64,000 bases of DNA from Diplonema japonicum (taxonomy: Eukaryota > Protista > Euglenozoa: Diplonemea). The notes beneath the pieces were generated by a model. That model was not told the origin of the DNA. It saw nothing but the letters and a program-made list of their open reading frames with translations, and did not search any database. Below are positions 62,245-64,000 of this stretch, piece after piece. The translations under genes and the position numbers were made by a program. The stretch lies in assembly GCA_964019335.1 (NCBI GenBank), contig OZ025654.1:744001-808000 (forward strand), written 5' to 3'. Positions within the stretch are counted from its first letter, which is position 1, and each line of letters begins with the position of its first letter.

Positions 62245-63849
62245 GTAACTGTGCTTAATCAGCAGGGATCGATAGAAGCAATCTACCCAGCTAACAGCAC
62301 AGACGACATTGTGAAGCGGGCCGGTGAGATCACAGAGAACAAGACAGCGCATGAGAGTGGTTGGATCGAAGGCCTCGCAGCGAACTCCACTGTTGAGGAG
62401 CTGAACATCACAACCGATTACGCCCCCGAGGGAGAACCCTTCTACTACAGGGTGGGCTACATGAACGACGACTACGGCATTGACTGGTTCCTCCACGTGC
62501 TGCTTGACAGGGCGTACATCATGGAGTCCATCGAGGAGAAGCTTGATGAGACCCGTTCCGGCATCGCGTCTGCGGAGAAGAAGGTTGAAGACGATCTAAC
62601 ATCTGCCCGCGCGGTGCTCTACGGACTCGTCGTCAGCACAGCGGTCGTGTTGATCACCGTTTCAGTGGTGTTTGTCCTGAAGATCATCGAACCGCTTGTC
62701 ATGCTCGAACGAGAAATGGCGATGGTCTCGTTAATGAAGCTGGAGTTCGTCGACAGGGAACGCCCCTTCAGCATGCTGCAAGAGGTCCGGCTTATGCAAA
62801 GGAGCTTTCTCAAAATGACGGAAAACCTGATCGAATACAGAAACTACATGCCGGCATCCGTTTTAGAAGACACCGACGACGAGGAGGACGGAAACACCAG
62901 CCAGAGCAGCGCCACCATAACCAGCAAATCTGTTACATCGTCGCAGTCGGGGAATTGCAAGACGACGCCTTCCAACACACTGTCGGCACACGCGTCCGCG
63001 ATGACCCTTTCTCAGCATTCTTCGACAAAGGTGGACATGAAGCAGAACATCTTGCAAGGGACCGAGGCCAAGTCACGCCGTGTGACCCTCATGAGCTGCA
63101 ACGTCGTGTCCTTCCTCGGCGACTCCAACGAAGGTTCGCACATACTGGCGATGGTCAACACATACCTCTCCATGGCGTTGCATCACGTGAAGGTGACAAA
63201 GGGCATCCCTGACATCTTCAGTGGTGACAGATTATACGTTTCATGGAATGGTGCAAAGAACTGCGCCACGCACCGCACTGCCGCATACGTTTGCTCAATG
63301 GGCATCATCTCTGACACATCGCTTGGGAAAAAATACTCGATTGGGCTTGTGTCGGGGGAGGTTAAATGCGGGAACATGGGCTGCGATCGAATGAAAAAAT
63401 ACTCATTCGTTGGGTCTCTTGCCTCTTGGATGCATATTGTTGAAAGGGTGGGCCGCATGGCTGGCGCTGAAGTGGTGATAGATAAAGTGGTGAAGGAAGA
63501 GATAGAGAACCTTTCGTACTCCCGCACGGTTCAGCATGTGATGTACCCGAAGCACAGCCTGAAAACACTGCTGGTCTTCGAAGTGATGGCCAAGAAGCAA
63601 ATGATCGAGGAGGAGTGGATGTACCAGCTGGATGAGAAAGAAAAGAACGACCCCCACAAAGCATATAACAAAAGCTACACCCTGTTCATGGCAGGGGATG
63701 TTGAAGGTGCTGTACGCGAGCTTGAAGTTTATGCTAGTGGTGGGGTTTGGGATTCCGTGGTACAGAGGTATAGGGAGAAGCTTCAGAGGGCGATCGACCA
63801 CCCGATCCTTTGTGATCCTTATGGGAAGCATGAGGGCCTTGTGAGTTGA
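60361..63849 (+). CDS. Receptor-type class III nucleotidyl-cyclase-like protein (TM, Cache-like, TM, HAMP-like, cyclase); exons 60361-61355 and 62244-63849 (866 aa)
   Basis: Two TMs; IIEPLVMLEREMAMV..EVRLMQRSF..YRNYMPASV; DIFSGDR; GLVSGEVKCGNMG. GTATGG...AAAAG intron restores GSSHG|GVTVLNQ. Confidence 0.82.
61378..62208 (+). mobile_element. Internally deleted piggyBac-like element inside the cyclase intron
   Basis: TIRs CCCATAAAGGAC / GTCCTTTGTGGG followed by TTTAA; transposase relics LYFELFFTPAVL and GLWILTGHIIKTDIKVYWAQDELTDTPY..FRTVMGRNRLLKIMRLYH. The left TTAA is not preserved. Confidence 0.78.
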
Positions 63850-64000
63850 AACCCTTTTTTTTTATATTATTTTTATATGGTAAGGTTCACTCTTCTGACA
63901 TATATTGCCATTTTCTTCTTCTTTTCTTCTTTCTCTTTGACATCGATTTGTATCGATGTCGTCCTCCCTCACCCCGAATTGTAAAGATTTCTGCCCCCCC

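Noticed and set aside
1-64000. tRNA, rRNA, telomeric arrays and non-canonical (non-GT-AG) introns
   Set aside because: None recognisable by eye; all inferred introns fit GT-AG.

Overview
This is eukaryotic genomic DNA, probably euglenozoan and most consistent with a diplonemid (inferred from gene organisation and gene families, not proven). Genes form two long co-oriented clusters, minus strand at 1-31.2 kb and plus strand at 40.4-63.8 kb, with short GT-AG introns and an AG acceptor just upstream of most ATGs. The minus cluster encodes a coiled-coil protein, an ABHD4/5-like hydrolase, a broken C-type-lectin membrane gene, a SnoaL-like protein, a ZZ-finger protein, an SLC22-like MFS transporter, a J-domain protein, a ~4,000-aa PAN/apple receptor, a PH-AGC kinase and a METTL21-like methyltransferase. 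The plus cluster encodes a GH3 glycosidase, a dual-specificity phosphatase, a Ubl-ankyrin protein, a STELLO-like protein, a Patched/NPC1-like protein, a formin and a receptor-type class III cyclase-like protein. The divergent strand-switch region between them (~32-40.4 kb) is a CpG-depleted patchwork of a LINE-gene chimera, ~318-bp inverted arms, a dimeric satellite, retroelement and Crypton-like relics, and a hammerhead-like motif. The three leading candidates for something new are: (1) a locally CpG-deaminated, probably methylated, centromere-like island at the strand switch; (2) introns whose 3' acceptor is poly(A)-AG rather than polypyrimidine-AG; (3) a formin fused to a possible Chorein/VPS13-ATG2-like lipid-bridge N-terminus. 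All family assignments come from motifs read by eye; no searches were run.
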